A stretch of 63,991 bases of DNA, filler included, from Streblomastix strix (Eukaryota): assembly GCA_008636045.1 (NCBI GenBank). It is 3 parts of 3 records of this genome, joined end to end, with 100 filler letters (N's around TTAATTAATTAA, not from the genome) between each part and the next. Parts side by side here need not be neighbours in the genome. Positions count along the whole stretch, not along the records: positions 1 to 22,191 come from SNRW01000335.1; 2 more parts are not named here. One strand, written 5' to 3'. The notes beneath the pieces were generated by a model, which searched no databases, had not been told where the DNA came from, and saw only the letters and a program-made list of their open reading frames with translations. Below, piece after piece: positions 1-15,900 of this stretch (position 1 is the first letter of the stretch; each line of letters opens with the position of its first letter). Made by a program: the position numbers and the translations under genes.

Positions 1-963
1 ATGCAAAGAAGCCATGTTAGACGTTAGCACTATCAACAATAAGATCTTTCGCAATTATTTCCATCATGATCTATACAAATTTAAGACGGGCAGAAATTTT
101 TAACTGAGTGATGTATTTAGTGAGATTTGTTGTTCGAATTTAATATTTACTTCTCACTCTCGCAACAACGAGAATAGTACGGTTAGTGAGTTTTCACTTA
201 ATGATTCCCTCAAACACCAATTTTTTTTTCTTTAATTGTTTAAACCTCTTTACTGTTCTTCCAATTACGGGGATTTTCAGATTCATCATATATTTACATT
301 TTAAGCTTTCTTTAAATTTTAATATTGGCCGACCTATTGGGATGGACAGCTCGTGGGAGCATCCAATCCCTACGGCTGAGTATTGCAGTCTCGTAATATG
401 AAGGTTGAGCAATTGAACTACGTTACAACGTATTAATCCATTTTTTTATTTAAATTTAAATAATTTAGAGCAGCCGAACTATATCATTAATATTCTAAAT
501 GCGGTAAAATTCCATGTATTAATAATATTATATTAATTAATATTACATCTTAGATAATAGTAAATTTAATTTATTAGTCTATTTATATTTAATTATTATA
601 TTGTATATTTAGGCACAAATCTGGAATATGGGTTCTTCATTCAAAGTACTCAAATTTGAACATATTTGGACACTAATTGCAAAACATGAAGGATAGTCTG
701 GAGCTTTTAAATGGGGAACTAGATGGTATAAATGATTAAATAGCTCCTGATAATAGAGTAATAAATTGCAGTTATATTATCATTCGTTTCACCTCAATTT
801 TTATTGATTAAACTCACATCTTTATATTATTATTGAATTATATTTAATCTAGTAGTTTGAAATGTTTTTTTTATTAGTTTTTCAAAATAAAAAAAAATTA
901 ATTAATAAAACATTTCTAAAGATAAATTTTTATTATTATTAATACAATAAATAGTAAATAAAA

Positions 964-3900
964 TCACCTTAATGTCTAAACTAAGTTATTTACAATCTGA
1001 TACTCAGCAAACTCACGCAGATCGATGGCTTCCCTCCATATTTTATCAGCTTCTTGAAGGTTGAGGTTTGCAAGAGAATCAAACTTTGCCCAAAGCTACT
1101 CAAGCTATCGGTTCCATTCATCTTCTAGTTTAATCTCAAGTGAAAGTGTATTTCCCTTCAGTATTGAATGCTTTTTCTCATAAGTTCCAGTTGTTCTACA
1201 ATCGTGCATTTTAGTTTCATCAATAATATTTGATTCTAAAAATGAATATTGTGAAATAAATCTCAAAAACCATTCTGCATATGTTTAATCGGTCCATATA
1301 AAGCTTTAAAGAGTATTTTTCTTATATTTTTCTGATTTCCTTGTAATTTATTATTTTCTATTCTCCGATTAAACAGTTTTTGACTTCTAATTCCTTTTTC
1401 CATATTATTTGAACACTTCAACAATTATATCTCCAACAATATCAGTGAGAGCTTTTATTCCAAAAGCAATTGATATAGAAGGATCCATTTCACATATACA
1501 CATCTATTTAACTGCTTTTTAGATGATAAATAACTTTTCCATAGTACTTTTCTCACTGGTTACATCAGTGAGTTGATATGGTAGATTATCAGGAGTTAAA
1601 CCAAGCCATGCTGCAAGAATAACAGAATTTCCTTAAATTATTTCCACATTTTCTTGATTGGAAAGCTGAACTTGATCTTTGGGCAATTAATTAATATTTT
1701 ATGTATTTTATTGGGATTTATCTGAGTTATACAACAATTAATCCTCAGTTAAAAGAGTTGATTTTTCAGGTGCATCTTCATAATAAACTTATGATTTGAG
1801 TTTTTCAGTTTGAAGAGACAGTTTTGGAATTCGCAAGAGTTGAGCTTATAACAATGCAATTATTAATTAATTTGTTTCATTCTTCTTCGATCGTTTTGGC
1901 AAAGAAGAAATCAACTCAAGGAAAGTTCTCGCGTGCAATGAATTGAAAGTGCTTTCTTCTACATCTGTTTCAAATAGTTATGAATATATGCCATATTTGT
2001 AAGAGTGAGATTTCTGCGATTATTGTTATGATTATTAATTTGTTTGAGCTTATAGAATGTCATGTTTCATATCATTTATTTTATTAATTTAATTCTGTTT
2101 TTATTATTAATTAAGAGTATATTAATATGATGGGTTTATACATTATATCATGGCAGAAGATATTTTGTTCAAAAGAGAATTGAATGCAATTGGTGGAATT
2201 AAAATTGGATCAAAAAGTTATTCCTTCTCGAAAATGTGATCAATTGCAGCTAAAGTTTGATATTTATCAGTATTTAATTTTTCGCTCTTTTTCTATTTAT
2301 TTGATTATTTGCTTCTTCGATTCAACTGTTTATTAATTCCCATTTTATTAACTTGATCTAAACTTTTGCTATTTATATCTTTTTTCATGAATGAAGATGT
2401 TGCACGAACACTCGCTGAGAAAAGTCTTGCTGCATAAAGACGAATCGGAGTTTACATGTTCGCACGAAGTGATGTTGTCAAAAGTAATCCAAGTTTTGGT
2501 TCTATGAATATCAGAGGCAAATTATGTTTAATAATCTTCTATTAAATCTTTTAATTGACAATATTTTAGTTTTGATCAAAATCATCTACGTTATTTTTAC
2601 CTAATTAATTCGAATCTCCAATTTTTGCGACATCCTTTTCAAAGACACTTAAATTTGGACTAGTACCCAACTATGCTAAGGACTAATAATTTTGTCCAGG
2701 TGAAGATTATGCAGAATTTGGAGTCTTTGGTTGAAGTTCAGGAAAAAGCGAAGAAATTTTTGGTGCGCGCAATGTTTAATTACCATGCAGTTATGAATCA
2801 TAAGTATTTTATTATGGTTGTATTGATGTTGATGCATTCTTCAATTAATTGATAACTTGTGACTAAAGAGCATAGCTGCTTGATGTAGATGCACTTCCAA
2901 CGCTTGCAGAGAATACATCAGATACAACTGACACCTACTATTTGTTTTATTAATTTCCCTATTTTTATGCCTCTGTTAACTATTTCTTATTTTGTGGTTA
3001 TAATAGCTTTTAGGATATTCTATTTATTCCTTATTTCTGAAGCTGGGTTTGAATTTACTGTTAAAATGGTGAATGATGAGTTGCTGGAGATGGATTCTGA
3101 TTATCATTTGAATCTTACTCTCTTTCAATAACGTCTTCTTAGTTCATCATTTGATTCTCTTCTCTAATCATTTCCCATTTACGTTCGTCAAGAATCTGAT
3201 ATACAACATGAGACAATCTTAATGCTTATTGTTCTTTATGAATAAGAAATGCGAAAATTATATTGTATATTGATCTTACAGTTGAATATTCAGAAGCACC
3301 ATACAATTATCTCATCCACAATGTATATACAATCATACTAACTCCTTATTTTCTTTATTCAAATACAGGAATGTTGTCCAATTCAAAAGATACAATCTCA
3401 CTTGAATCTAACTCTTCACAGATTGAAGGTGCAATCGCTTCAAGAAATTCGGATGAGTTGTTGAAATGAGCTCGTGAGTACAGTTACAGAATAAGAGCAA
3501 GAGTTCCTTATTATTAGTTAAGAGCACCAAGAGCAAGAAGTTGAGCAGTTTCACGCGCTTCAATTAGTGTAGATTCAACTTATTATCTTAGTGTTTAGGC
3601 AGGAAGTTCATCATTAACAATCTATTCTTCATCATTTATAATATTTGTCTAATAATTGAATAAGTTAAAAAGATAGTTTGCAGGTAGCGATGAAATATAA
3701 TTGCTTCTAAATTCAGTTTCTCTGATAATGCCACTCTATTTTAGTGATGATTTTTATGCGAATGTATATGAAGCAGATAAAGAAGGTGAAGATTGTTGAA
3801 CTAAATTCTTCACTTTGCGATAATTAAGTTCATGAAGTGATGTGTTGCTTGAAAATGATCTCTATAAAAGTGGGTCAGCGCGATTTTTGAATAAATATGG

Positions 3901-6900
3901 TTGATTATTGGGTTGTTTTTGTTCACTAAATTAAGAATCTTATCTTACTTCATTGTTAGTAATATCTGTAAATTGCTAATTATATAACAGATTATGTCTT
4001 TAATCTGAGAAATAATTCGCTTTCTCATTAGTTTATTGTGAATAGAAAGGAGACTACAAGAAAGACACTACTTCAGAGAAGTTGTCAATTGCATTGCATA
4101 AGAATGGGAGTATAGAACAGCAGAGTATTGTGAATGAGCCTTTGTTATCAACCACTGAATATGGGTCTATGATTGGATTGCATGATTGAGGAAGGAGCGA
4201 CATTTATATCAGAATGTCACGAGCTAATTTCTCTGTTAATTTGTGGAATAGAGATGGGAATACAAAATACCTGATCCCCACAAATACTGGATATTTATTG
4301 CCCCAATTAAATATGTTTCTTATTTTCTCATTTTCAGTTTGGTTCTCGTTATCTGTCAAATATTATGTTTCAATAGCAAATAAAGGAATCGAATTCATTA
4401 TTATTTCTCTGAATTATTCAGACCCACTAAGAAGAGGAATGACCCTTGTCAGATAAGCAGATAGTAAATGAAGTCCATTATAAACAATTGGGACAAATGT
4501 TGATCTGATTAAAGAAATACACAGCCAAAGAAGTTGAGGCAGTTAGAATAGTATAGAAATAGAAGCTTTTTCAATCAAAAGCTCAAAATACTTGATTATT
4601 GAAATGAATTGAGAAAAAGCACCTTAATATGGGAACATAGCTGATCTGAATAGTTCAAATCCAAGAGATGCAAAAATAAGAAGTGTTGGTTGAAGAGATA
4701 AAGATTATAATAAAGATAATATAGATATTGACTTTGAAGAGGAACGTGAACTTAAGGATTAACGGAGGATTTCATAAGCAAAAGATTTTCTGATGATTTT
4801 TGTTGATGATTTGATCGAGAATATTCTGATGAAAAGAGGGAGAATTGATGAAATATTGAGATTTCGTTGATGCGATTAATTAATACTAATTGATCTGTTC
4901 TATTAAATCTGAGATTCTTAAGAGTATAATTCCTATGATTCGGAGTGAGATAAATTATTCAGAACAGCACGGAGTGACACAATTATATTCCTTGTTCTTC
5001 TCAGATATGAGTTTGTCCATTATTCAGCTTGTATATTAGACGTACGATACATTTATATTTACTGAACTTTATTTATATTTGCCAATTGCTATTTTCTTAT
5101 TCCTGAGATTTTATAAGCTTTTTTTCTTAGTATTTTTTTAATTCTCTTTTAGTTTCTATTGTTCTGCAATAGATATTTATTATTGATGCTATCTTCATCA
5201 GAATATTCACTGCTATCGTTTTAACTATCAGATAAGACTGACCGTTATTTTTCATTTCTTTTTGAATTATTTTGAGATTATTGATTTGAATGATTATGTT
5301 TGTTAGAATAAGAATCAGATAACTATGATGTATGTTTGTGATTGCCTTTATGCTTGCGATTGTCTGGTAAATACAATATAAGTGGATTTTCAATATTATT
5401 TTATCCAACTTAAAGTTATCCTTGTCTTTATTACTATGAGTATTTATCATATTTATCATTCAAGTTATGAGCCATTTCATTTTCCCTCATTTTTCTTCTA
5501 AAATATTCTCTACTCATTCTCTTAGCATCCAAAGGTAATATCAATTTATATTAGCCTATAATATTCCTTTTTATACTCTTAACCAAATAATCTAATTTAC
5601 TATTTATATTTTATATATTCAATTAATTGTCTTTACTTAATTCAGGAATTCCACCCCAATCAAAAGACTTACTTATTGAATGTTATGGTGTTGGTTGAAA
5701 ATTTGAAGCAGGAGAGTAAATTGACTACACTGAAAGACGACGATTTCTGATGTTTCTTTAATTATTCATATTTGATTCAAATCTTTGCTTCATTATCATC
5801 TTTGAAAAGGAGTTATGTTCGCTCTCATTCTCATTATCATAACTGTTATTATTCATCTTTAAAGCTTCTTCCACACATCTGGACATTGTGTCCTTTTTCT
5901 TTATTTCTTTTGACATTTATTAATAAACCTTTCTTATATTAATAGGGTTTATAAGATCTAATTCAATTGAGCGCAATATTGATGAGAGAATAGAACATGC
6001 TGCTTTTTGAATAATTTCAAAGTTTGAGCCATAATTAAATGAAGACGGAGAAGTTTAAGCAAAAGATGGTTGATTGAAAGAGTTTTCAAATTACTCGTTA
6101 TTATAACTATTTATGTTATTCAAATTATATCTATTTAAATTATATTTGACATCCTATATTGAAGATAAAATCCTAATTATAAACTATATGTGATATCTCT
6201 TATGTGATAATGCATTATTAGACAATACAAGTGGTAATAATAAGAAAGAAGATGATGATGATAAAGATAATGAAAATGACATATTATGAAAGAAAACAGA
6301 TTATTCTTAATTTTGAAATGAAGATATTGTTGCTGAAGATGTTGGCAATATTGATGATGTTGCGTTTGCATATTTACACGATGTAGGCAGCATCATGTAT
6401 ATCTCAAGTTTTGGCTGTTAATTATCTTATTCTTTCTTACTTAATACTTTTCTACTAATATCTTTTTGTCCTTTAATTTAAATTTAAGTTCTCAAGTTTT
6501 TCTGCTTTTCATTTTCATTCAAATTTCTTTATTTTTACTTTACTTTCAACTAATTTTCTAATTATTATTAGTATAAATATTATTACTGCTAAATAAAATT
6601 TTATTATTAATTATTTTAATTCATGTTATCTTTCATTGATAATTTTGAAATTAATTATTTAAACCAATAAGGAGACCTGATTATAACAATTCTTGCCAAA
6701 TGAATATTAAGTTATTTTAATAGTGAGTGAAGAATTTAATGAGAATGCGAATTTGATAACTAAGATTGAATTTAATCTAATTCAGATTCTTTCATTTAAT
6801 ATTTGGTATTATATTACTTCAACAGTCTAATAGATGAGCTTTCAGGAGGCAAGAACAATATCTAATGAACGCTATCATGATCCAATAAATTATCAACATA

Positions 6901-9900
6901 ATGAATTGGCGATGGTTAAGATGATAATGATGAAGTTATTGATTATAACTATTAAAATGAGGATTATGAACTTGATGGAGAAATTTGTGTTGTTTCTTAT
7001 TTGTGATCTTCTTTATGCTATTTAGTTTGCAATAAATATTATTTCAACTCAATTTTTTGTTCAATTTCTTAGTACTATTCTCTTTCATTCATTTTTTCAA
7101 ACACAAACATTGGCGAATAACCATTTGGAATTATAAATGATAAAATACTGAGTCCTTTTACACCTAATAAATTCAATCTTATTTGTAAGGTATCAGGAAT
7201 AAATCTATCCAAGTTATCAAGAATGAGAACAAGATGTAAATTATTTATATTATCATTGTACTGATCATTAATTTGTTGTTATGTATTTGAAGATAATGTT
7301 TAAGAATAAAAAATATTTTAATTGGATATGAATGAATAGAAGAAATTAAATATGAACGAATCAGATGAATTAAATTTGGATGTAGATGCAGTTTAGGTAT
7401 TTGATTGAATATGAGAGGTTGATATAGAAAATTATTAAGATTAATGTTATATCTCTAATGAAGTATTTTATTATTTCTAACTAAGATTGCTCATATTCTA
7501 TGGAATTTTAATTCTGAACAATAAAATGAAGAAATTAAATAAATTCAAAACTTAAATATGGATCCATCGTTATTGGAAAGTGAAAATAGATATATAAATA
7601 CTAACAAGTTCACCAACCAAATTTTAATTTTCTTATTGTTATATATTCTATACTTCATTTTCCGTCTTTTCAATGTGTTTCTTTTTCTCTTTTGAATGAA
7701 TCAACATAACTTTTTCAATTATTTCTTTCATAATAACATTAACAGTGTTGCATAATTGTTCAATAACATTAATATGCGTAATAAAATAAAATCTAAGAAT
7801 TTCTTAAAGTGATAAGGAATATGCCACTGCTTTAGCAAAATGTGATGCTGATAAAGTTGACAGAATCGGAAGTGTGAATTATGGTTGAATTAAATTGAGG
7901 ATAAGAATTGGTATCATCTATGAGGAAGTAGGGAGTGAAGGATAATTTTGATAATTCTGCAATTTTTCATCTGGCGATTCTTCTTCGTTTTCATAATCAA
8001 TATCTTCAAAGTCTCTGATAAAAACTCCATTTCTTTTTTCTTTCATATACAAATTTGATTGGGGATATTTTGAATGATCAGATTAAGATTCTTACAATTA
8101 TGAGTATTAAGAAGTAAACGATAAATTTGGTGTTATCTATGCAGATGTAAATGGACTTGAGAAAGGTTCTGTTCTAACGTTTTCAACTTGTCTGAATTTA
8201 GAATTTAGATTATTAATATTTGATTATTTTTTATTGACTTTTGCTTGTAAATTAGAAGAAGATTTGAGTTTTGATGCAATTTACTGTTAACCATAGAATA
8301 TTTACTACTAATAAAAATAATCATCTTCTTCCTCTTCCTCATCGAGTGAATCTTATTATTATTTTAATGCATTCAAATTTGCATGTTTTTTGGGCTATTC
8401 TCTATAATTATTTGGGGAAGATGGAACCGAAGCTGAATAAATATTATGAAATTACGAAGGACCTTAAATTTTTAGAGTATTTTTCTTTTTTTATTTGTTA
8501 ATATTAATTTTAATATCACTATCTGTGTGCATTGTATGCTTTTTCATACTCTTTTTCTTACTATTTGTTTTCTCCAACATTTCTTATTTCTCTTAATTAT
8601 TTATTAATCTCATTTCATTTTCATGCAGATATCCAATATCATTAGGATTAAAAGGAATAAATAATCCTTCAGAAATATTCTCTTCTTCTAATTTTAATAT
8701 AAAGCTCAATACTGAAAGTTATTATATTTAATTATCAGAATTCATATTAAGTTAAAATTATTTCTAAAATATTGAAAATGAATTTGGTGTGTTTTATAAT
8801 GAACTTGATTAAGAATAATTTTCATTTAATTTATTATTAATTTTCTTTTGATTCAATTATATTAGAGAGTTATCAAAAATTAAGTCAAGAACAAGTAAAG
8901 CTGCTTAATCATAAGATTAAATGTCAAAGTTATTATTAATAATTTCAATATCTATTCTACTATGTAAATATTCATCTTAGCTTTCATTTCCTATATCACT
9001 GTTATAATTATCTTCTTAATATTGCTTCTATAAATCATCTTTTGTTAAATTTCTTTATTCTTATTATTTAATTTAAATCTACTAAAATGCTTTCATCATA
9101 ACCACACTTTTCATCAAATTTCTTATTTTCACATTCTAAATTTTAGCATCTTCAACTTCATATTCAACCAGCGATTTATTTCTATTAATCCACTATGAAG
9201 CATAATGAGTGAATGAAATTAAGCACTTCATTGTGAACAGAGGAAGCACAGATGAGAAAATAGAAAGAACACGAGAAATGGGAGCATAAAAAGTTTGAGA
9301 TGTTGGAGAAGAGTAGAAAAAGCTGTCTGAAGCCCATCCCAATGAAGACGATGAAGATGAATTAAGTGAATTGAAAGGAGAATTAAATAATGTGGACTAC
9401 AATGAAAGTGAAGAGAATAAGTTGTTGTTGATTATACTTTCTGGTGATTGTGGAATTTTACTTTCCCATTTTATATTATACTATTATTATTTCTCAAATT
9501 ACTCTCTTTTAAGTTATTATTGCTATTAATAGTCAACCTGCCTGTTTTCGTCATTATTTAAAATACTTAATGTTTCTTTATCATTTAATAAAAACTATCT
9601 AAAAGTTTCTTCAACTACAGAAAGTAGCACTTGTTTAGAAGAAGATTATTAGGTGGATTAAAATGATGGAGAAGTTGAAGTTAATGATGAATATGTGTGC
9701 GATGGTGGTTATTATAACTGGATTTTGAAACTATCATTCGTATTTTCATTCAAAGATATACTCTTATTGTTATTCATATGAGTTTGACTATAAATATTAC
9801 TATTTAAAATTGTGATGCCATATACAAAATAAGTGATCACTGCTTTTATATTTGATCTTCTATTTTGTTTCTTATTCAATAGTGAAAACCAAAGTTGCGT

Positions 9901-12900
9901 AATTTCAAACTTACAATCAACAGCAAATGCACAAGTTAATTGGTGAAGCAAAAGAATTACTGAGAAAAACAATGGATTAGAAATGTTGAATGTAGAAATA
10001 AATGGAATTAGAAATCGAATTAAAATCTAGGTTGACTTAACTGTACTTACTTCGTTTAATCGTAGCGCTATTTCACGAATGAAACTTGTTATAGCATCTG
10101 GGAATCGCAATGATAAATATTGCATAATTTAAGATTATAATATTTATGTGTTTGATGAAATTTATGGTGTTTATAGACCGTTATATATCTCAGAAACAAT
10201 TGTATTGTATATTTTCTTACATTTTCTATTGTTATTAATGGTATTCATATCAACTCTCTCATGCTCTTCATCTTCATCATCAGTTTAACTTTCATTTTCT
10301 AATTCATCATCATCATCATCATCATCGTCTTCATCATCAAGTATTTCCTCTTCATTTTCATTATGATTTTCAAATTCAAATGAGTCAAGCGAATCTTTTA
10401 TCATCAACATTGCTAACTTTCTCATTTTTTGATCAAAATCACTTAATTTGAACGAAGAAAGAATAATTCTCTATAAATGAGTTATTATCAGTTGTCTGTT
10501 TTAGTTCAATTTACTCAAAACAACAAAATGCCCCTTTGATATCAGTTATTCTGGAGAATTCATTATATCTGAACTATATTTATAGCAACATGAAAGTGAT
10601 ACAATTTATCTATGAGTGACTGAAGACAATAAATTTAATAGTCCATTAATTCCTTATTGTTATATATGTTACATTGGAGAGCAGAGAGATTAATTAATCC
10701 AATGCAAGACAATTCCTTATTAGTTAAGATTTGATGCTGAATTTGAGAATGACTGTGTTTGTGATGAAAAAAGTGTTCCTGATTCTAAGTCTGATGAGAT
10801 TGGAGCAAATGATGAAGAAGATGATTAATGTAGATTATTTGATATTGATGGAAGTAATAAATCTTAATTTGTTATCGATTTAATGTCAACAGATTTAGGA
10901 ATAAGACTGCTTATCTCATAGTTGAATGGAACATTTTTGAAATTATTTTTAATTATTAGGCTTTTCGTTGTATTATCAACCTAAAAAACTTCGTTATCAT
11001 AATTTTCTTCTTTTCTTTAGTCATCTATATCAACAATAGTTCTAATAAATATCAATTTACTATTTTAGCTGAATGTCTCAATTTAATGTGAGAATAAATC
11101 TTCATCAAGGAAAATTCTTCTTCCTGTTAATTAAAGTACATATTAAGGTTTGAATTATTATATGTCATGATCAATTTGTTAATTAAAAAATTAATAGTTT
11201 TATCCATCATCAATCCTATGAGAATGTTGATCTTATTATTATTGTTGAATAAATAATTTTGATGCATTTTATGAAGATTGCTAATTAGGTTAACGATTTG
11301 AAAATAGCTTTAACGATTACTATAAATATGTTTATTGTAAAGTTGGTGGTGCCGATGATTAAGAAGATACAGTATTGAATTAGGATTATTGATATGAAGG
11401 TCTAATTAAATTTGATTTGTTTGAAATAGTGCTATTGTCAGCTAATTATATTTGAGGATGCTATTTCTAGTAATACTGTTATTATTCATACTATTATTGC
11501 TATCTCAATGTTTACACATTTTTACCACTTTTAACTGATTCTCTTGATCCTTTTTCATTTTAATTAAGTTATTTCTTTATTATTTGAGAAATTTGTTTCA
11601 TTTCACTATTATAATGTGGTGTTCTAAGCATTGTAGCTGTTGTTAATATTGCTCTATTAAACTGAGAATTCGAATTGGAAGAATAAGATTCAGATCCAAG
11701 AACAGATGACGTTGAACCAATAAGTAAGGATATCAAACCAAAAAATGAGAATATTGGAGAATTTTATTGTGGTTTATGTTACAGTAGTGCAGTATTAACT
11801 TGAGATTAATGAGTTTACGAAATATTATAACTATGAGGTTCAGTTAATGCTAATGATATAATTGAATAAATCTTTTATTGCTGTAATAATTGTTATATTG
11901 GAATAAAATAAGGCAATGAGGTAGATTGTGGTAAAGGAATAATTGATGTTGAGTATGATCCAAATGAACGCTAGTTCTAATAGGACGATATATAATCTAT
12001 TATATAATAAGGTTATATTAACTGAGTTGAAATGGGTTGTGCAGTTACTGGAGGAGCAAAAATATTAGATTGAACCAATAACTACGAATTTTTAGACAAT
12101 GGATTGTGCTGAGGAATTAAAGAGAAAGTTGAACCAGGATAAAATCCAGAGTTTAATTTTGCATAAGAATATTATGATTATGATAATGATAATAATGATG
12201 ATGAAGGAGAGATTTGCTGATTTAGTTATTAATTGGATTATTTTTGTTCCATTTCATTTCTTCTTCTTCTTCCTTATTTCCATTTCTATGTTGTTATTAA
12301 CCCAGAAGCAGTATACAGATTCAAGCAATTCATTCCAATATTAATTTTGTTTGATAATTCATATTCTTCAGCTATGTAGAATAAGTGAGAATAAACTTTT
12401 TATTGAATAATATCAAATGACAATTCTTCTTCCTCAATATCATCATCGATTATTAATTAACTTTCAGTATCAACTTCAGTCTCATCTTCTTTCTTACCAT
12501 TGTATTTCATTTACAATTATTACTGTGAAGGATATTAAGAATTCGTAGTTATTTAACTGCCCTATGAATAAGAATGCTGCAAAGATCGATGATTATTTTG
12601 CAATTAGCTAATTAATGTTTATTGTTATTATTGTTGTGGTTGCAACTATACTGATTGTTGTTTCTATTGTTATTATTGAGTTGACGATTATTCAGATTCA
12701 AAAGATGGAAATTATTGTTATTAAGGAATTTGTGAATATTCAGATTCTATAGATGGGAATTGTTGCAATTAATCCTGAAGTCGTGATTCCTCGGAATCTA
12801 AAGAATGCTGTTGTTTCAGTTGTTTCTACTAATGTTACTGAAATTGAGCTTAAAATTGCTAAATAAGATAATCATCTTCATCTCCATCTTCTTTTTTGCT

Positions 12901-15900
12901 TTTTTCGCTTTTTTCACTTCTCTCACTTTCTAATTAAGGTCTTTCATTATCTGTATATAATATTTCTCTATCTTTATCACTATCAATTATTTCTCTATCT
13001 CTTTCGCTGTCCATTAATTATTCATCATCTCTTCTTTGTAGTTCTTCTTCTTCTTCTTATCCTTATTCTTATTCATTCAATTATTCTTCAATATACGCTT
13101 TATCTTATTAAGTATATTAATCATGCTACTCATGTTTAGCGTCTTTCAGAGAAGAATATGAATTCTTAATGATATTCGGCATATCTTCAGCGAAGTACCT
13201 TGGTGAATGTAAATCATCAACAGGAGAAGTACTAAAGTTCTACATCAAATTAGGCGATATCTGTGATTGAGCTGAATATATTGGTGAAATTGGAGGTAAT
13301 GAGTTCAGAGATGGCGATAAAGGCTTCAAAGAGGATCTAGATTCAGATGTTGGTGACATCGGAGGCAGTGAAGGAAGCGATTGAGACATTTCAGGAGAAT
13401 GACGAGGTGAATTTGGGACTGAAAGGCTGCTGTCTGATTTGCTGTCGTTGTCACTGATGTGTGTGATGCTCGGATCAAACTGGATTTCAGGGTCTGGAGG
13501 CTGTGAGGATGTAATTGGGCTCTGTTGTGGTTTCTGTAGTTGTTTCTGTGATTGTTATTAAGAAGAAGGTTGTTTTTATTCAGTGACTGATCCGAAAAAC
13601 TGTTAAAATTTAGACACGCTTTATTTTTAATGTATCTTTTATGCTGATTACTATTTTTATTCCTCCATTATCTTTTATATATCTGGAAGTCCTGGAATCT
13701 GAGTAACTTTTGTGAAGAATTTTGGTTATGAAACATCACTCATTTATAATTTTGATTATTTTTTAGTTTAATGAGCAACATTAATTTTTGTAGAATTTCT
13801 TGCTTTATCTGTTTAACTATTCTCGTTTTATTTGCTAATATATTACGTATATTTGCTATTAATAACAACATTTGACCAATCTTAATTCATCCTACTATTT
13901 TTCCAAGGTTATTTAACTATGGCATATTCAGGTGGTTTATCTGTTGGAAGACTTGCTATCCAGGAAATCAATGAAAAAGGAGGAAGTGTAGAAGATACCA
14001 AATTAATCAAATAATCCAACGGTGTGAATTTTAATCGTGATGTTCTGATATTAATCTCTTCTGGTTACAATCTGAGAATTGGTGATATTAATGAAATTAC
14101 TGGAGAGAATTTTTCTTAGTTTTTGTTGAATATGAAATAAGAAGTTAGATTTGATGATTCTGCTTTTGTATTCATAACTATTATTTATTCATTTGGTCTG
14201 TTTAAGTGGCTGTTATTACATGCCTAAATAAGTGGATAGTTTTTATATTTATTTATCTCCGAATTAAACTATTCAATATCATCATCTTCATAATCATATA
14301 TGTATTCTTTGTCATCTTCAATATTCTCATTTATTATTTTATTATTTCTTTGTCTATTTCTTCTGCTTCCTCCTCCAATTCTTTCACTTTCTTTCTTCAT
14401 CAACTTCATCATCATCAAACTTCTCCTTTTCAAATTAAGTGTTTCTAATATGAGTGGTTTTGGGTTTATATATTATAGGAGATTTAGAAAAGTTTTTTCA
14501 TTAATAAATTAATTTTATTTGTTGGATAATGAACTTGAATCTGTTGTAATGTTATTTCTTAGCAGAGAATCATTAACATTTGCAGATAATGAACCAGGAT
14601 GGATAAGAATATCATTTTAATATAAATTGAATGAATTGGAATCCCAATAATAATCTCTATTTTATTATTATCTTAATTGAATTAATGGAGTTGGTAAATG
14701 AAAAGGATTACGCTATAATTAATTATGAAGAGTAGACGAGAATGGTTGTGAAGGAATAATTGGATAGTTGCTTACAACAGCTTATCTTTCATTCATATTA
14801 ATGTTACTATTCTCAAACTTTTTCAAATCTATATTTTATATTTAATTATCATTTCTTTCTCTTTATATTTTGCCAGGATTACAAAACACTGATGGATGGA
14901 ATAAAGGACCTTTCAGTAGTTCGCTCATTGTTGTTGATATTGAATTNNNNNNNNNNNNNNNNNNNNNNNNNNNNNNNNNNNNNNNNNNNNNNNNNNNNNN
15001 NNNNNNNNNNNNNNNNNNNNNNNNNNNNNNNNNNNNNNNNNNNNNNTTTTCAAATCTATATTTTATATTTAATTATCATTTCTTTCTCTTTATATTTTGC
15101 CAGGATTACAAAACACTGATGGATGGAATAAAGGACCTTTCAGTAGTTCGCTCATTGTTGTTGATATTGAATTATGCAAGTTGTGTAATTTCTTAGCAAA
15201 AATTGCCTCAAACGGAATAGAATCTAATATTCTACTACTAATTTATGTTTGTAATGTGGAATATTGATTTTGTTATGGTAATAAAGTACCTTGCGATAAT
15301 GACGAAGATTAATTTGTGAGAGATTAAATAGAATCTTTTAATTCAGGCATTTAAATAATAGAATGAGGCAATGAGTAAAGGAAACAAAACAAGCGAAATC
15401 TGTGTGAAGGAGAAAATTCATATTCATTATAAGCATCAATTGGAGGCATTATTACTGAAGAAATTATGGTATCAAATTAAGAAGATTGATCATCATCTTA
15501 TTCTTCTTCATCACTATATACATCTTAATTTTCCATTTCTGACTAATTTCTTTTATCTGATTAGTTTTATGCAGACTAATTATTCTTAATTTCTTAATTA
15601 CTATTTTCTTTGCTTCTTTACTATTCTTATTATGTTTATTATTCATCAATATTATTATTTTCATCTTCATCATCAGGATCACATTAAAGTTAATCAGGAC
15701 TTGAATTAGAACAACAATTTAATATAGAAGGCGAGCTTGTTTGTTTATATATTTACAAGCATTTCAGCTCAAATTAGTTAGTAATTGTGTGAATGTAATA
15801 TTGATTAATATAATTATGAAGATTCTTATTATATCTATACATATCTTTCAAATCGTCTATTTCATCTTTAAAGGATTAGTCATTATCTTCTGATTCAAAA

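Noticed and set aside
1..740. Short coding-like segments at the window start
   Set aside because: A possible terminal exon at ~613-735 and minus-strand fragments are present, but no consistent frame or recognisable product.
14820..15173. 127-bp direct repeat and frame change in the Furry gene
   Set aside because: It is an unmerged overlap around an N-gap, not a real duplication or frameshift.
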